From NCBI RefSeq assembly GCF_018350175.1, contig NC_058368.1, positions 82,648,001-82,712,000 on the forward strand: a stretch of DNA of 64,000 bases, given 5' to 3'. Every line of letters starts with the position of its first letter. Position 1 is the first letter of the stretch. Origin of the DNA: Felis catus (Eukaryota). A program made the position numbers and the translations under genes. This document shows, piece by piece, positions 11,851-24,416 of the stretch. Below the pieces are notes generated by a model that saw nothing but the letters and a program-made list of their open reading frames with translations, made no database searches and was not told the origin of the DNA.

Positions 11851-14800
11851 ATCCCAAAAGTCTGCAACCCTCTCCACCCCACACATATGCATGGCAAACC
11901 CACCCCTTCCCAGGTAAAACTTGGAATCGAACTAAAATCACCCTTGGCCCCTGAGCCCGGTGCTCCCCAGACATAGCCCAGAGCGGCACACTAGTCCTTA
12001 GGGTTAAAAATAGTACAGGCAGCTAGCTGAGCTCGGTTAATAGAATATCCAGGTTAATTTTAGCATCAGAGAGCTCAAGAGAATATAAATCCCTGATGCC
12101 AAGAACCATGTGTGGCCCGCACGACCCCTTCTTTCACCATCAAACACACACGATGAAAAAGCCAACATCACTGATACCACTCCCTTATACCCACAAAATG
12201 GCTTCTCTAATTGGGGAAAACCATTTCTTCTTAGCCCTGTGAAGACACTACCACTAACAACAACTATTTTAAATTATCAAGCAGGACAGCACCTCATCTG
12301 ACCCTTACAGGCCTCTGTGATGGGCACACTACTGCTTCCCCTGTAGGAAATCCACATTTAACAGAGCAGACCCAGAACCCTAAGCTTCCAGCCCCTGTGG
12401 TCTGGGCCTTCTTCACCACACCACACCCCTCCTAACCAGCCATTCAGCCGAGGGAGGTGCAGGCCAGAACCCTCAGCCACCACTTCCTGTTCCCCTCTCA
12501 TTTGGTCCCTGCCTGACGGACCTCCTGCTTCTGGTCCCTGGGATTATGTTTGGCGACCAGTTGTGGGGACAGCACGAGGTTTGTGGGCCCCCCCCCGGGT
12601 CCCCAGCACCAACAGCCTGCAGGGCCACAGTTTGCGGGAGGAGCAGTCAGTTCTGATGTGCTTGCGCTGGACACAGACCACCATCAACTTCTTGGTGGAC
12701 AAGTTATAATCTTCCAGAGAAGGAACACAACAGCACGCCCTGGGGCTGGCGCAGCCCAAGAGGACCGAAGGAGAAGGAAGGGAGAGCTGGGGAACGGAGG
12801 AGAGCCCGCGGCAGGGAGCTGGCGTGAGACACAAATGCCAACACACCAAGTGGATCCAAACTGTGCCATCAAACCTGATGATGAAAACCAGTGACAGAGC
12901 ACGAGGGCTCTTCTCACCCCGGAATGCAGGCTGGGATTTTTTTTTTTTTTTCAGCTTGCCAGAAAAACCTTTGTATATCCCTCTTAACTGAACACATTTA
13001 TCAAGGTGATACTTTTAAAAACCAGTAGTATACCGCCACCATGGAAAAGGCAAAAATCACTGGGTATTGACCGTAACACGGCACCTAAAGGAGCACCGTG
13101 TCCAAAATAACACTGCCCTGAAGAGCTCTCGTGGGTCCTTCGCACAAGCTCCGACAATCTCTGAGCAGCCTCCCTTCCAGCACGAAGGCCCTGACTCATG
13201 GAAAGTCAGAAGAGCACACTTCCTCAAAGTTACCATCTCGTAGGAAGTGCACTTGGCCTTACCCGACACGAGCCACTGGTGTAAAAACAGTCACGACTAT
13301 TACCAAAGGTGGACAAGGTCTAAGGTTTGCAAGTGTGCAGAAGAACTACCCAGAACGACTGTGACATTTAAGTGGGGGGGGAGACAAGAACTCATAACAG
13401 TCACAACACAAATGCCTCACTCTGATCCGGCATTTGCAGAAGGTGGACAAGCAGGAGGAGGAGGAAAACGAGGAAGAGACTCTGCCCAGTGTCCCCAGCT
13501 TCTCAGTGAGACCAAGTCCCATCACGCAATCCGAAACTACTTGAGACAAGAGGGCCAAGGCCCAGGCACCTAAAAATCTCTTCATCCTCCCAAACATGTC
13601 CTGCCTTTTTTCTCAGCAACAGGAGCAGTGATACTGCTTGTTGGTGTCAGCTTAGGAGGAATTTTCTTTCTGTCCTTTTCTGGGAGCGAGGAGGTGGGCA
13701 TCAACGTGGGCCAGAACAATACCGTCTTGTAAGCCCCCACCGGATGCAGCCGACAGCTATTGCCTGCATTTTGCAAATGGAAAAATGAGTCTATGGAAGG
13801 GGAGGGTGCTTGCTCCGGGTCACCCAGCAGGCCAAGAGCACACAGGCATGCAGCCAGCCAGCCTGGAGACGAGGCTCCGAGATGAATGGACGGCCTGGCC
13901 AGCGTGTCCCCGAACAAGGAGGGGCGAGCGTGCATGTGACCATGTGTATGATTCATGCACGTCTGCCCCTCCTCCAGATCAACTGTGGTGTTCCTCGTCA
14001 TCTCGCGCCTTCAAGACCAGGACATTCAGGCAAGTCAGAGCCGAGACTGACCAGAGCAGACCAACAAAGGAAAAATCAAGAGCTCAGCACACCCCCTTCC
14101 AAGCTCAGGATCACCCTCACCACATTCTATTAACAGGTGTCCCTCAAGTTCAAGCCAGCACACCCACAGTTCACCTTCAGAAGCACAGCCTAGGCCATTT
14201 CTGTGCTCAGACACAGGAGGCTGCCCTGCCTGTGCTAGGTGGAGGCCCCTGCTCCCTGAATGCCCCCCCCTACAAAGGTGAGACACAGATGTCTCCCCCT
14301 TGCAGCCCAGCCCCCGCCCCCAAACATGGGGAGGGAGGGCCCCAAAGGGTCCCACGTGGGGGTAGACACGGCAGATGGGCTGGGTCGCGGCACTAACCTC
14401 AGCTGAGCTGGGTGTGTTTCTCTTGCTTGTTTAAAGTGGAACAGAAAGGACAGAAAGCCTCGCCAAGCAGCATCTTCAAAGCCCTTTCCTTCCACCCCAG
14501 GCCCCTCCTTGTCCGGTCCAGAGCCCACTCACGAACGTGCACCAGCAGGCTAGTGGAGATGCTCTCCTGGATCTTCAGGTGTCTCTCCTCACTCTCCTGC
14601 CTCACATACTGTGCCATTCTGGAGAGAAATCAACCTCTCCGCTCAACACACCAGTGTTCCAGAATGCTCCCAGGATGAGTCTGAGACTGGCTGTGCCAGG
14701 CCTGAACCATAAAGTCCTCAGACCCACTCCTGCCTGCTGTGCCCGGAAGCCTGGCACACTCCTCCACAGACAGACCCCCACCCAGGTCCCCTCCTGCTCC

Positions 14801-15479
14801 CCTTGATTAAGGAAGCACCTCAAACCCTCACACAGCTCAGTGGACCCAGGAACTGATGAGGGCACCCTCCCTGCCCCCACGTCAGCGGGAGGGTAATGCT
14901 GAATCTCTCAGTGCGAAAGTGACAGCAGATCCCAACCAAGCGAACAGGGAAATGGTTGCAGGCAGCGTAAGTCCGCTTCTCAGCCAAATATCAACAGTGT
15001 CTCAGTGACGATCCATAAACCAAAATAAAGCAGACAGGAAACAACACGCTGATTTGGGGGAGCTGGAATTCCTCAGGCAGCATCGAATGTCATCAACAAC
15101 TGACACTCAGTCACTGGGCGCCTGGCTGGGTTCCCAGCGGCCCCTTTTCACATGGGAATAGAAGGGACTGTGGAGGCAAGAAGGACCTGAGGACAGACGA
15201 CACTCTGGGTCCTCGGGAACCCTCTTCAACATAAGCTGCCCTCCCAGCCGCACATTTATGGCACCAACGTCTAACGGTCACTCGGAGGCAAGGATCTTGT
15301 TTTGGGGGGGAGGGGAAGGGGACGTGCACATCACCCTCCCGAGATAAAATGAATCCTCCAGATAAACCCAGGAAGTCCAGATATAGCCCTCCAGCCCACT
15401 CCAGAATCCGCCTGTCATTTCCCTCCCCCAGCTCATGGACCCAGTGACAAGGGCAGAATCCTCCCCGGTGACACAGCCT

Positions 15480-16620
15480 GAATGGCAGGCGCTGGTGGCC
15501 AAAAGCTTCCCCCCCCCCCGCCCCGCCCCGGCCAGTTCTCAATGGAAGGGGGGGTGCTGGGGTGGCTCCCCGTCTCCCAGCCCGACGGAGCCCAGGACCG
15601 AGGGCACGCCACACACATCCGCCTACACGGACGCGCACGCCCGCACCAGTCCGCAGCCCCAGCCGGCCCCACGGCCCTGAGGGAACGCGGGGAAGGAAGT
15701 TTCTGGGTGCAGCAGCGGAGGGCAGATGCGGAACCTGAGGTCGGCGGGTCGGCCCCCGGCCATGCACGCACCCAGGGCCCCCACTCGCGCACGCTCCAGG
15801 CGGGGACGGGCCCCGTGTCCTGCACCGCACCGCCCCCCACCCCGAACCGCGCCTCCAGGGAGCCGCTTCCCCCGGAGCAGCCGCAGCCCGGCCCGTCCTC
15901 GGGGGGAGGGGACGCGCGGCGCCCCGCCGCCCCCGGCCCTCACCGATCTTGATCTTCACGCTCTGGAAGACCCGGAGCCCTTCCTCCTCCACCGCCATGC
16001 TGGGTCGCCCGCCCGGGAGCTCGCGGGGCCTCGCCGAATTCGCGCGCCGAGCCCCGCGGAGCAGCCGGAGCCCGAGCGGCGGCGCAGTCCCCGCGCTCTG
16101 CGCCAGACCCCGCGCGCGCCGGGTCCGCGGCGCCACCGCCGCCCGGCTCCGCCCACCGGCCTGCCCAGCTCCCCATTGGCCGCGGTAGCAGAGGGGCGGG
16201 GCGTGAAGGTTCCGCCCACAGCGCGACTCCAACTGCCCACTGGCTGCGGCCTAGGAGGCGGGAGCGAGACGGCTCCGCCCGCAAAACAGCCCCACCTCCA
16301 CATTGGCCAAGGCTCGGAGAGGGGCGGGGTCGGTCTCTGGGAGGGATAGGAAGGGACCCCGCGGCGGTGGGGGGAAGGGGGGGCGCGGAATGGAGGGGGA
16401 ACAGGGCGGGGCGAGGAGAGGAAGGGGGGGAGCTGGGAGGGGGATGAGAAACCGGCGGGGGCGTGGGGTAAAGGACTGGGCGTGGGCGAGGGGCGCAGGA
16501 TGAGAGGATGCCGGGCTGGGGGTGGGCACAGGACTGGGGGGGGAGCCAGGCAGAGCATGGGGTTGGACCCTGCAGGGGCACGGGGGGGGGGGGGGGGGGG
16601 GGGGGCGGGAAGAAGGGAGA
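15480..16620 (-). promoter_or_regulatory. RASA3: CpG island and TATA-less promoter of RASA3
   Basis: Very GC- and CpG-dense stretch around exon 1. CCAAT boxes on the - strand (ATTGG at 16175 and 16302), several GGGCGG/CCGCCC boxes between 16145 and 16330, and a G24 run at 16582-16605. Confidence 0.9.
15944..15998 (-). CDS. RASA3: RASA3 (Ras GTPase-activating protein 3, GAP1-IP4BP) coding exon 1; positions 1-15943 are intron 1
   Basis: Minus-strand ATG at 15998 in context AGCATGG reads MAVEEEGLRVFQSVKIKI plus 1 nt (55 nt), then a canonical G|GTGAG donor (15943-15939). The peptide matches the recalled RASA3 N-terminus (MAVE[D/E]EGLRVFQSVKIKIGEAKNL). Exon 2 was not seen in the window. Confidence 0.95.
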
Positions 16621-16799
16621 CCCTGAGGCTTGGGAGGGGATCATCCAGATTAATGCGCTCAAAAATCTTGAATCCTAGATGTCCCTAAATCTACTGGACC
16701 TGAAGACGTGTCCCATTTCTGCGTGTTAGACAGCGGTGCTCTCTCTGTGGTTGAAGATGATTTCAGAGACCTCTGAGAGAGTAGTACACCCCGTGATCA

Positions 16800-18600
16800 G
16801 CCTGCAGCTCCACTCCTCCACCATGTCACCATCACCCAGCTGGAGAAGCGCCAGGCCTGACGAAAAAGGTCCTATCTGCCAGGGAGCCTCACGACCTAGG
16901 AAACATGTGCCTAGGGACTGAGAAAATTCACAGAACCGGATCCAGAGAATATTGGATTCTGGCAGGCAGGGCAAGAACGTAGATCAGGTTAGAGTTTATT
17001 GATATGGGATCCTTCCATCATGATACAGGATTTGGCACCTTAGCAAGTACCCCATGCCACTAGCGTGGCCTTTGGAAGCTTATACAAAGTGGTGCCCCAC
17101 ACTAAGTGGAAATGCCAAACACCATGGCAGACAGCGGAGAAAAGCATCAAAATGCTCAGACAAGTGGCACAGGAGAGTAAACACATTCCCTAAGACCCGG
17201 AAACCTAGTTATGGGCTAGGTTTCCTGGAAAGCCCAGAGGACACTCCATTTACAGAAAGGAGTGTGCAGATGAGACCCTGAGCGGTAGCTGGCATTCTAG
17301 GACTGGTCGGCGAGTCCAGATGCTGCTACAGAGAACACTGGGCTCCCTGACAGCAGTGACCATGATCACACAGTGACGGAGGACGAGCAGTGATGTCTAC
17401 CCACTAGAAGCAAGCCAGTTGCTATATTATACTGAGCAGCAGGACTGGAGTGGTGGCTGTGCACTCTGAACTGCAAAGAGCTACAAGGTGGTCAGCTAGA
17501 TGTGGTGTCAGGAGGGCACTTAGCCAGCCAGTGGGGTACTGCTCCGTTCTTGCAACCAAAGGAAATCAAAGATAGGTATGAGGAGGCTGAAGGAATTTGC
17601 CCCAATAAAACCTGTGAACCAGTTCTCATCTCCAGAACCCCCTGACTGGAGGAGAGGACTTGGCCACACATATGCATAAGGGTTCCCTTAGGACTTCCCG
17701 CAATGGCAGCTGTGGCCATTTATCCAGACATTTCAAGGGCAATTGGGCTTTGAGTCTGAATCGACATGATACCCAGTGACCCAAGATGTCATCATGCCCC
17801 TGTTAGAATAGGACTTGTGAGGTCCGGGAAGTAAATAGAGGCCTGGCCCGGGGAAGGCTCACAGTAGGCCCACTGGATCCAGGGACCCACCTAGGGGACC
17901 ATTTATTTTCTCTGGCACTGAAGGTAAAATTGGCATAGACATATGTTACAGTTGTCAGAAAACCCATATTGGTTCCTTGGTGTTGGGGCTAAGAGTCACC
18001 CCAGCAGGGAGGGCCAAGTGGGGTGCCAGGATGGAAAATAAAAACCATAACACATCCTAGGGAAGATTGGGACAAAGACTCCCCTTAAAGACCGGAAAGG
18101 TCATGTAACTCACCAGTCCCACCTATGACTCCAGACAGATTCAGGAGGGTGACAGTGGACCACACAAGCTCAACCATGCAGTAGTCCCAATTGCAGCCAC
18201 TGTACCAAAGGTGGTGCCACTGCCAGGCCACGTCAGCACAGCCTCTGGCCGTGGAGCTGACATGTCCACTCTTCTCCATCCTGAAGAAGAAAGAATCAGA
18301 AGCAATTTACATCATGTGGCATGGACTAATGCACACTTACAACCTGCCCCACTGCTAGGCTTCCCTGCCCTCTGTTATAAAACAGTCCAAAGAGACCTGG
18401 ACCATCTGGGCAGGATTCAGAATGTTAATTGGCTCACTATATTAATGACATCATTTTAATTAGGCCAGATGAGCAAGAAGTTGGCAGTTCATTGGAGGCT
18501 TTGGTAAGACATGTGTGGTCTAAGACACACGTGCTCAGAGGACAGGAAGTAAATTTGCGAAGATTCAGGGCCTCCCCACATCAGTGAGGCAAGAGGTCCA
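16800..18600 (+). mobile_element. Decayed ERV-L (class III) internal gag-pro-pol remnant
   Basis: Frameshifted peptides resemble ERV-L proteins: gag EFIDMG near 16993, protease QTFQGQLGFESE...IPSDPRCHHAPVRIG (17725-17815), and RT ALCYKTVQRDLDHL plus HYINDIILIRPDEQEV (18435-18482; ERV-L has HYIDDIML). Boundaries are approximate. Confidence 0.8.
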
Positions 18601-19075
18601 CAACTATGGGCCTCTCTTTCCCTCTACAAACCACAGAGACCAGCACAGCATACTTCCAGGATCCCTTCCTTAACAAAGCCCAGCATCCACAGAACTGTGC
18701 AAGTACCCTGTCTTCTCAAAACTGTGTTCTGCACAAAGGAATTGATCGCTAGTTTTCCAAATTAAACTCAGTTCCCTTAGAGCTTATGATGATAAGAAAC
18801 AGGAAAATATTGGGGGATTAAAGGAAAAGATGAGACTTTGTTGAAAGTATCTATAATCTCTTTTGTTTATTACTCACTGTTAAATTTTTCCCTCTTTGAT
18901 AGACCCTCTTTTGTGACACTCCGCAAAAAAATATTTCTTGAAAAGTATCAGTCTATCAACAGGTATTTATGAATTGCTAAGACAGCATAATTAGATCATT
19001 TATTAATCATATCTGATCAATAGACTTTCAAAGTGGCATAAAATAAGTGACTAGTATATAATAGAATAATTTTTA

Positions 19076-19283
19076 TTATTTTTAAAGGTTTTTATTTATT
19101 TTTGAGAGAGACAGAGCACAAGCAGGGGAGGGGCAGAGAGAGAGGAAGACACAGAACCAGAAGCAGGCTCCAGGCTGTGAGCTGTCAGCACAGAGCCCGA
19201 TGCAGGGCTCGAACCCACGAACTGCAAGATCATGACCTGAGCCGAAGTCAGACACTTAACAGACGGAGCCACCCAGGCGCCCC
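19076..19283 (-). mobile_element. Can-SINE
   Basis: Reverse copy. TSD TAGAATAATTTTTA. Confidence 0.95.
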
Positions 19284-20328
19284 TAGAATAATTTTTAAAG
19301 GGTCCAAAAAAAGTAATGAGGGAAGAAGCTATTGAATCAAACATCTACAGTGAAAACAGCTACTGCAAAGAGTTCACAGCTCTGCTCTCAGTTTCCTGGT
19401 TTTCAAGGTGAAAACAGAAATATGGAAATATGGCATTTTATACAAGTTCTATTATTTAATACACAGAAGTGTATTAGTTTTCCAGAAAAGGCTATTTTAA
19501 CCAACTAAGCAATGTAAGGAATTGTTTTCATAAGGGACATTCAGCACCTTGGGGAAGGATACTTTCAATCTCAAATGACTAAGTAACCTTTGCAACACGC
19601 TCACTTCAGCACCTGGCACAGAGTAAAAACTCAACTAGTATTTGTTGGATAAATGTACTGGAATCTCCTATTGTCTCACGAAAACTTTAGGAACATGATG
19701 TTAACTCATAGCTTTCTGAGAAGATTCAGCCAGCTCTTGGGAGTTAAGGAGCTCAGCTCCCTCGTGGCCCAAGTGTCTATGAGACATGACACCACACACC
19801 TTTGGATGATGCTGTTTGGGCCACACAGAGCACAGAGGCATGCGGGGACACATCTACACTCAGGTTCCTTGTGGACACTCGAAGCCCAGATGTGCTGCTG
19901 GTAGAAAGGAGGCCCTGTGCTCCGGACGCAAGTGGACCAAGAGGCCACACCGGAGGCCTTGGTGGTGCATAGCCATAGCTTTTCCAGGCAGCATGAGGGG
20001 CCACACCGCCTACCCTGCTCACGCCTCAACAAGCAACTGTGTGCCTGATGAGGGGAGGGAAGGGATGTCACATCTGGCTGAGAGCTGGGAAAACCCACTG
20101 GGATATTTTTCAGGCTCTCCTCCTGCTGTGGCAAATGAGAGGCCTCATTTTGAAACTCAGAGATAGAGGCAGCCTGGATCCCTAGGTCACACTGGAGGGC
20201 CACTAGGATCTACGGCTGTGAAAGTGACAAGTGTGAAAGTTCCCTCAGGTAAAGCCGGTAAGATCTGGGAATCAGGTAGCCCAAGCCTGTCCTACCCTTG
20301 CTAATAAAAACCTTAATGAAGCGTGTAT

Positions 20329-21317
20329 GGTAAAATCCACAGCACAGGAAGCACCAGATGTTGGTGAGGATGCGGAGAAAGGGTATCCCTCCTACACAGC
20401 TGGTGGGAATGCAAACCGGTGCAGTCACTCTGGAAAACAGTATGCAGCGTCCTCAAAAAGTTAAAACTAGAACTACCCTGTGATCCAATAGTCGCACTAC
20501 TGGGTATTTGCCCAAAGAATGCAAAAACACTAATTCAAAGGGATACATGCACTGGATGTTTATAGCAGTGCAATCTACAGTAACCAAATTACAGAAACAG
20601 CCCAAGTGTCCACTGACTGATGAATAGAGAAAGAAAATGTAGCATACCTATCTATCTATCTATCTATCTATCTATTTACACGCATGATGGAATATTACTC
20701 AGCCATAAAAAGGAATGAGATCTTGCCACTTGCAATGACATGGATGGAGCTAGAGGGCATTATGCTAAGTGAAATAAGTCATTCAGAGAGACAAATATCA
20801 TATGACTTCACTCATATGTGGAATTTAAGAAACAAAACAAATGATTGAAGGGAAAAGAGAGAGAGAGATAAACCCAGAAACAGACTCTTTTTTTTTTTTT
20901 TAACATTTATTTGTTTTTGAAAGAAAGAGACAGAGACAGAGCATAAGCACGGGAGGGGCAGAGAGAGAGGGAGACACAAAGTCCAAAGCAAGCTCCAGGC
21001 TCTGAGCTGTCAGCTCAGAATCCGATGCGGGGCTTAAACCCATGAACCACGAGATCATGACCTGAGCCGAAGTCAGATGCTTAACCGACTGAGCCCCCAG
21101 GGACCCCCAAGAAACAGACTCTTAACTCTAGAGAATGAACTGAAGGTCACCAGAGGGGAGGTGGTGGTGGGGGCGGGGTGTGGTATGGGTGAGATAGGTG
21201 ATGGGTGTTAAGGGGTACACCTGTTGTAATGTACAGAAGTGTTGAATCACCATGTTGTACACCTGAAAATAGTATTACACCGTATGTTAACTAAAATCTA
21301 AATAACAACTTAAAAAA
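20329..21317 (+). mobile_element. LINE-1 3' fragment with an embedded SINE
   Basis: GATGTTGGTGAGGATGCGGAGAAAGG, ATGCTAAGTGAAATAAGTCA and a carnivore L1 3' UTR end (GTATTACACCGTATGTTAACTA), plus (TATC)n near 20650. Confidence 0.9.
20890..21108 (-). mobile_element. Can-SINE inside the L1 3' UTR
   Basis: TSD AGAAACAGACTCTT. Confidence 0.95.
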
Positions 21318-23214
21318 GTTTACATGGTATGCTATTTTATTAATACCAATGCAATAGTAATCAATATCAATTCAATCATCTGTGAATTTGAGTTAATAAA
21401 ACACAACCCCAGATGTCCAGTGGATTTACCCACTAAATAGATTTGTGTAATGTCTTGATTGCTTATTATGAAAATATTTGCTCAAAATAACTTTTTATCA
21501 TAATAAAGTTTAATTTGCTATTTTTGACCAGAATTAGTCAAATATCAAAGTACTTTTTGAAGACACCCCCTGAAATCAGCAACTAATTAGACTCCAAATC
21601 TTGTCTCATTAGCTATGGCAGGAATATATGTATTTTTTTCCTTTTAAAATCTCCATCAAATTACCCCAGAAAAAGTTAAAAGGAGGAGGGCCCCTAATTC
21701 ACACTATTTGAGATGGGCATGTGCTGTTAAGACCATCGTGACTCTCAGTATTCAACAGAATCACAGCGCAAGCTCCACAGGAGAGAGAGCCCAGAACTCT
21801 AGAAAACCCTCTGTCTGCCCCACAGGTGCTTCCTGCAGGGATCCAGACACAGAGGCCAAACACAAGTGCACCAGCAAGTCCTACCCTGTTCCTCAACACC
21901 GTTACAACCCGGCAAATCGATTCATCAGCGGCCAGGGAGACCTGTTCCTTCTGTAAAACGTTAGACCCAACATAACAGTAAAAACTTTCAAAGGGTAAAA
22001 ATGTATGTGTGTGCCCATCATTACAACACAAGTGTTTTTATTTCTCTTTATTTCCTTCAAGGTTTTATTAGTATTTATACGCATATAACTTGTTTAAATG
22101 CACATCTCTTGTGTTTAGCAGTTCATTTATTTAGCAAACTTTTACTGAGCACCTAGCACGTGTCCAGAACCTGCCAGGCCCTGCGGGAACACCAGAAAAC
22201 AACACACACCCCTAACCTCAGGGCCCTTGAACTTCCTATGTAGTGACTACCACTGACAGCTTTCCCTCCGGCTGCACTTAGTTCGGTTTGGAACAAAATG
22301 GAAAAAAAGAGAAACAGAGGAGAAAATCCTAGAAGTAGGCACAGTCTCTGAGGTGTAGACACAACAGCAGCACTGCACAGAAAACTCGGAAAACTACCTT
22401 TGAAGCTGTGGTGGGGCTTCTGGGAACCGAAGAGCCCCCTCGGGACGGCCCCGCCCCAGGCACTGCCCTCATGCCTCCAAGGCACCAAAGGGAATGGATG
22501 GTCGCAACTGCTGAGAAGGAGATCTGCCAGAGTGCATGTCATGGGAGGCCAGCGACCACAGAGAGGAAGAAAGACGAAGCCGGGGGCTCGGGAACAGACG
22601 CGGTCTCTGTGGGCATGGGAACATTTCGTTTACCTTTGGGCACAATGTGAGGGACTAACACTGCTTCTCCACATCTATGGACTGTGACAGGCCACTGATT
22701 TTCTATTCCTGCCAGATAATGCGATGTGAACATAACCATTCCCCACGATGATCTCCAAGTGTGTTTGTAAAGTGGGCATAACAGCACCAGTGCACAGGGC
22801 TCTGGGACCACCAGTGGCATGGGGGGGATGGGACCACAGTCAAGCCAGACACCACCAGTTCCTGGTGGCTTTTTCAACGTCACTCCCTGCGGGCAAGGGT
22901 GGGGTTCTTTCCTCCCTGCCCTGCTGATGCTGCAAACCCCCTGAGCACCTGGTAGACGCCAGCTGCCCCCCAACCACGGCAGGAGCCGGTGAGAAGCACA
23001 ACTCAGCTTTCGTTCTGGGGTCTCAGGATATGGGTCCCTGCGGGTTTCCTCAGCAGGATGTCAGCTGCCCCTCTAGGCCCCCACCCCCTTCTGAGCACAG
23101 AGCAAGAGCCCTCTGCCCTCCTCTGGGGTGTGCTTGAGGCCAGTGTAGAGGGTGGCTTCTGGCGACCAGAGGTGATGGTGAGCTCACGTTCCTCTGCAGG
23201 AAGAAAACCTCCTT

Positions 23215-23760
23215 CCAAAGGCATGCACACAAAGCCTATGTGTGATAGGCAGAACCCAGAAACAACCTCCAACCTGTCCCCCGACAGGGAGGACGCTGAA
23301 CAAGCTCAACTCAGCAACAAAAAGGAACAAACTGCTGATACAAATGACAACCTGGGTGGACCTCAAGGCTGCGAGGAGAGCCTGTCACACACACCCTACA
23401 ATTCCACTTACAGCACTGTTAGGGACAAGCTGCAGAGATGGAGAGCAGACAACGGGAGGAGGGACCCTGTGGGACAGAAAGGGTCTGTGTCTTGTCAGCC
23501 TTGGTGGCCACGGGAATCTGCACATGTGCTGGAATCGCACAGATCTGCACGCACACGAGTGCATGTACAGTGTGCCCTCTGTGCACAGCAGGTGCATGGG
23601 ACCATGCAGTCTTCTGGCTGGGGCCTTATATGCAGTCACTGCCATCCTGGAAGGTGTCACCGCTGGACTGGTGGTGAAGAGTACAGAGGATCTTTGCCTT
23701 GTTGTCTACAATGCATGTGAATCTACAGGTATCTCAAAATTAAAAAAAAAAAAAAAAACT
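23215..23760 (+). mobile_element. Old L1M 3' UTR-like remnant
   Basis: CAACAAAAAGGAACAAACTGCTGATACAAATGACAACCTGGGTGGACCTCAAGG, an L1-like terminal region and an A-tail at 23742. Confidence 0.55.
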
Positions 23761-24416
23761 GAGGAAAGACAATATGGCAGTAGATACCAACGTGTCGACC
23801 GTCCCCTAAGGCTACAGCCCCACCTGGGCTTACATCCTCTCCTGCGGGGAGGCTGATCTCGGGCTACCCACAGGAAGGGTGTGACCTCATGTTTACCACC
23901 TGCACCTGAGGAAACTGTGCCCTCCTTGTCAAGAGGGGACAATCCTCGCTTGCAGACGCTGCCTTCTGGCGTGACCTCAGGAGACCCGATGCCCATCTGA
24001 AGACAAACATGGTTCCTGCTGGATCCCTTCTTTTTCCAGAATTTCCTTCATCTCTCAGAGGCTCGTTTGCCCTGCCTGCCGTGGAGGGACAGGCCGACAT
24101 TCAGAAGCTCAACCACCCCAGTCCCTCTCTTACACTGATGGATGGGGTGGCCCTCCTGGGAGTCACTCTCAGACCAACATTGATGGCAAGGCAGCCGGAG
24201 GTCCTGATTCCAGAAATGCCCAAACTTCTTATTAAAAGTAAGTAAATACATATTAGGTCAAGACCTGATGTACTCACACAAACTTTATGTGACAATACCT
24301 ATTGTGACCAGACATAATGTCTTCTACAATTTTACATTCTATTCCAGATTCAGTGAAACTAATCTTGTTTATTTGATTTTTAATTGATTTCAGGATCCTT
24401 GATTAGGCAGTGAGCT

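Noticed and set aside
15111..16232. 373-aa ORF and other long overlapping ORFs in the CpG island
   Set aside because: Only the 18 codons of RASA3 exon 1 are real. The rest is read-through of GC-rich UTR and intron sequence, where stop codons are rare.
22989..23856. 243-aa and 204-aa ORFs
   Set aside because: They overlap an old L1 3' UTR remnant, show no recognisable domain, and have no splice support.
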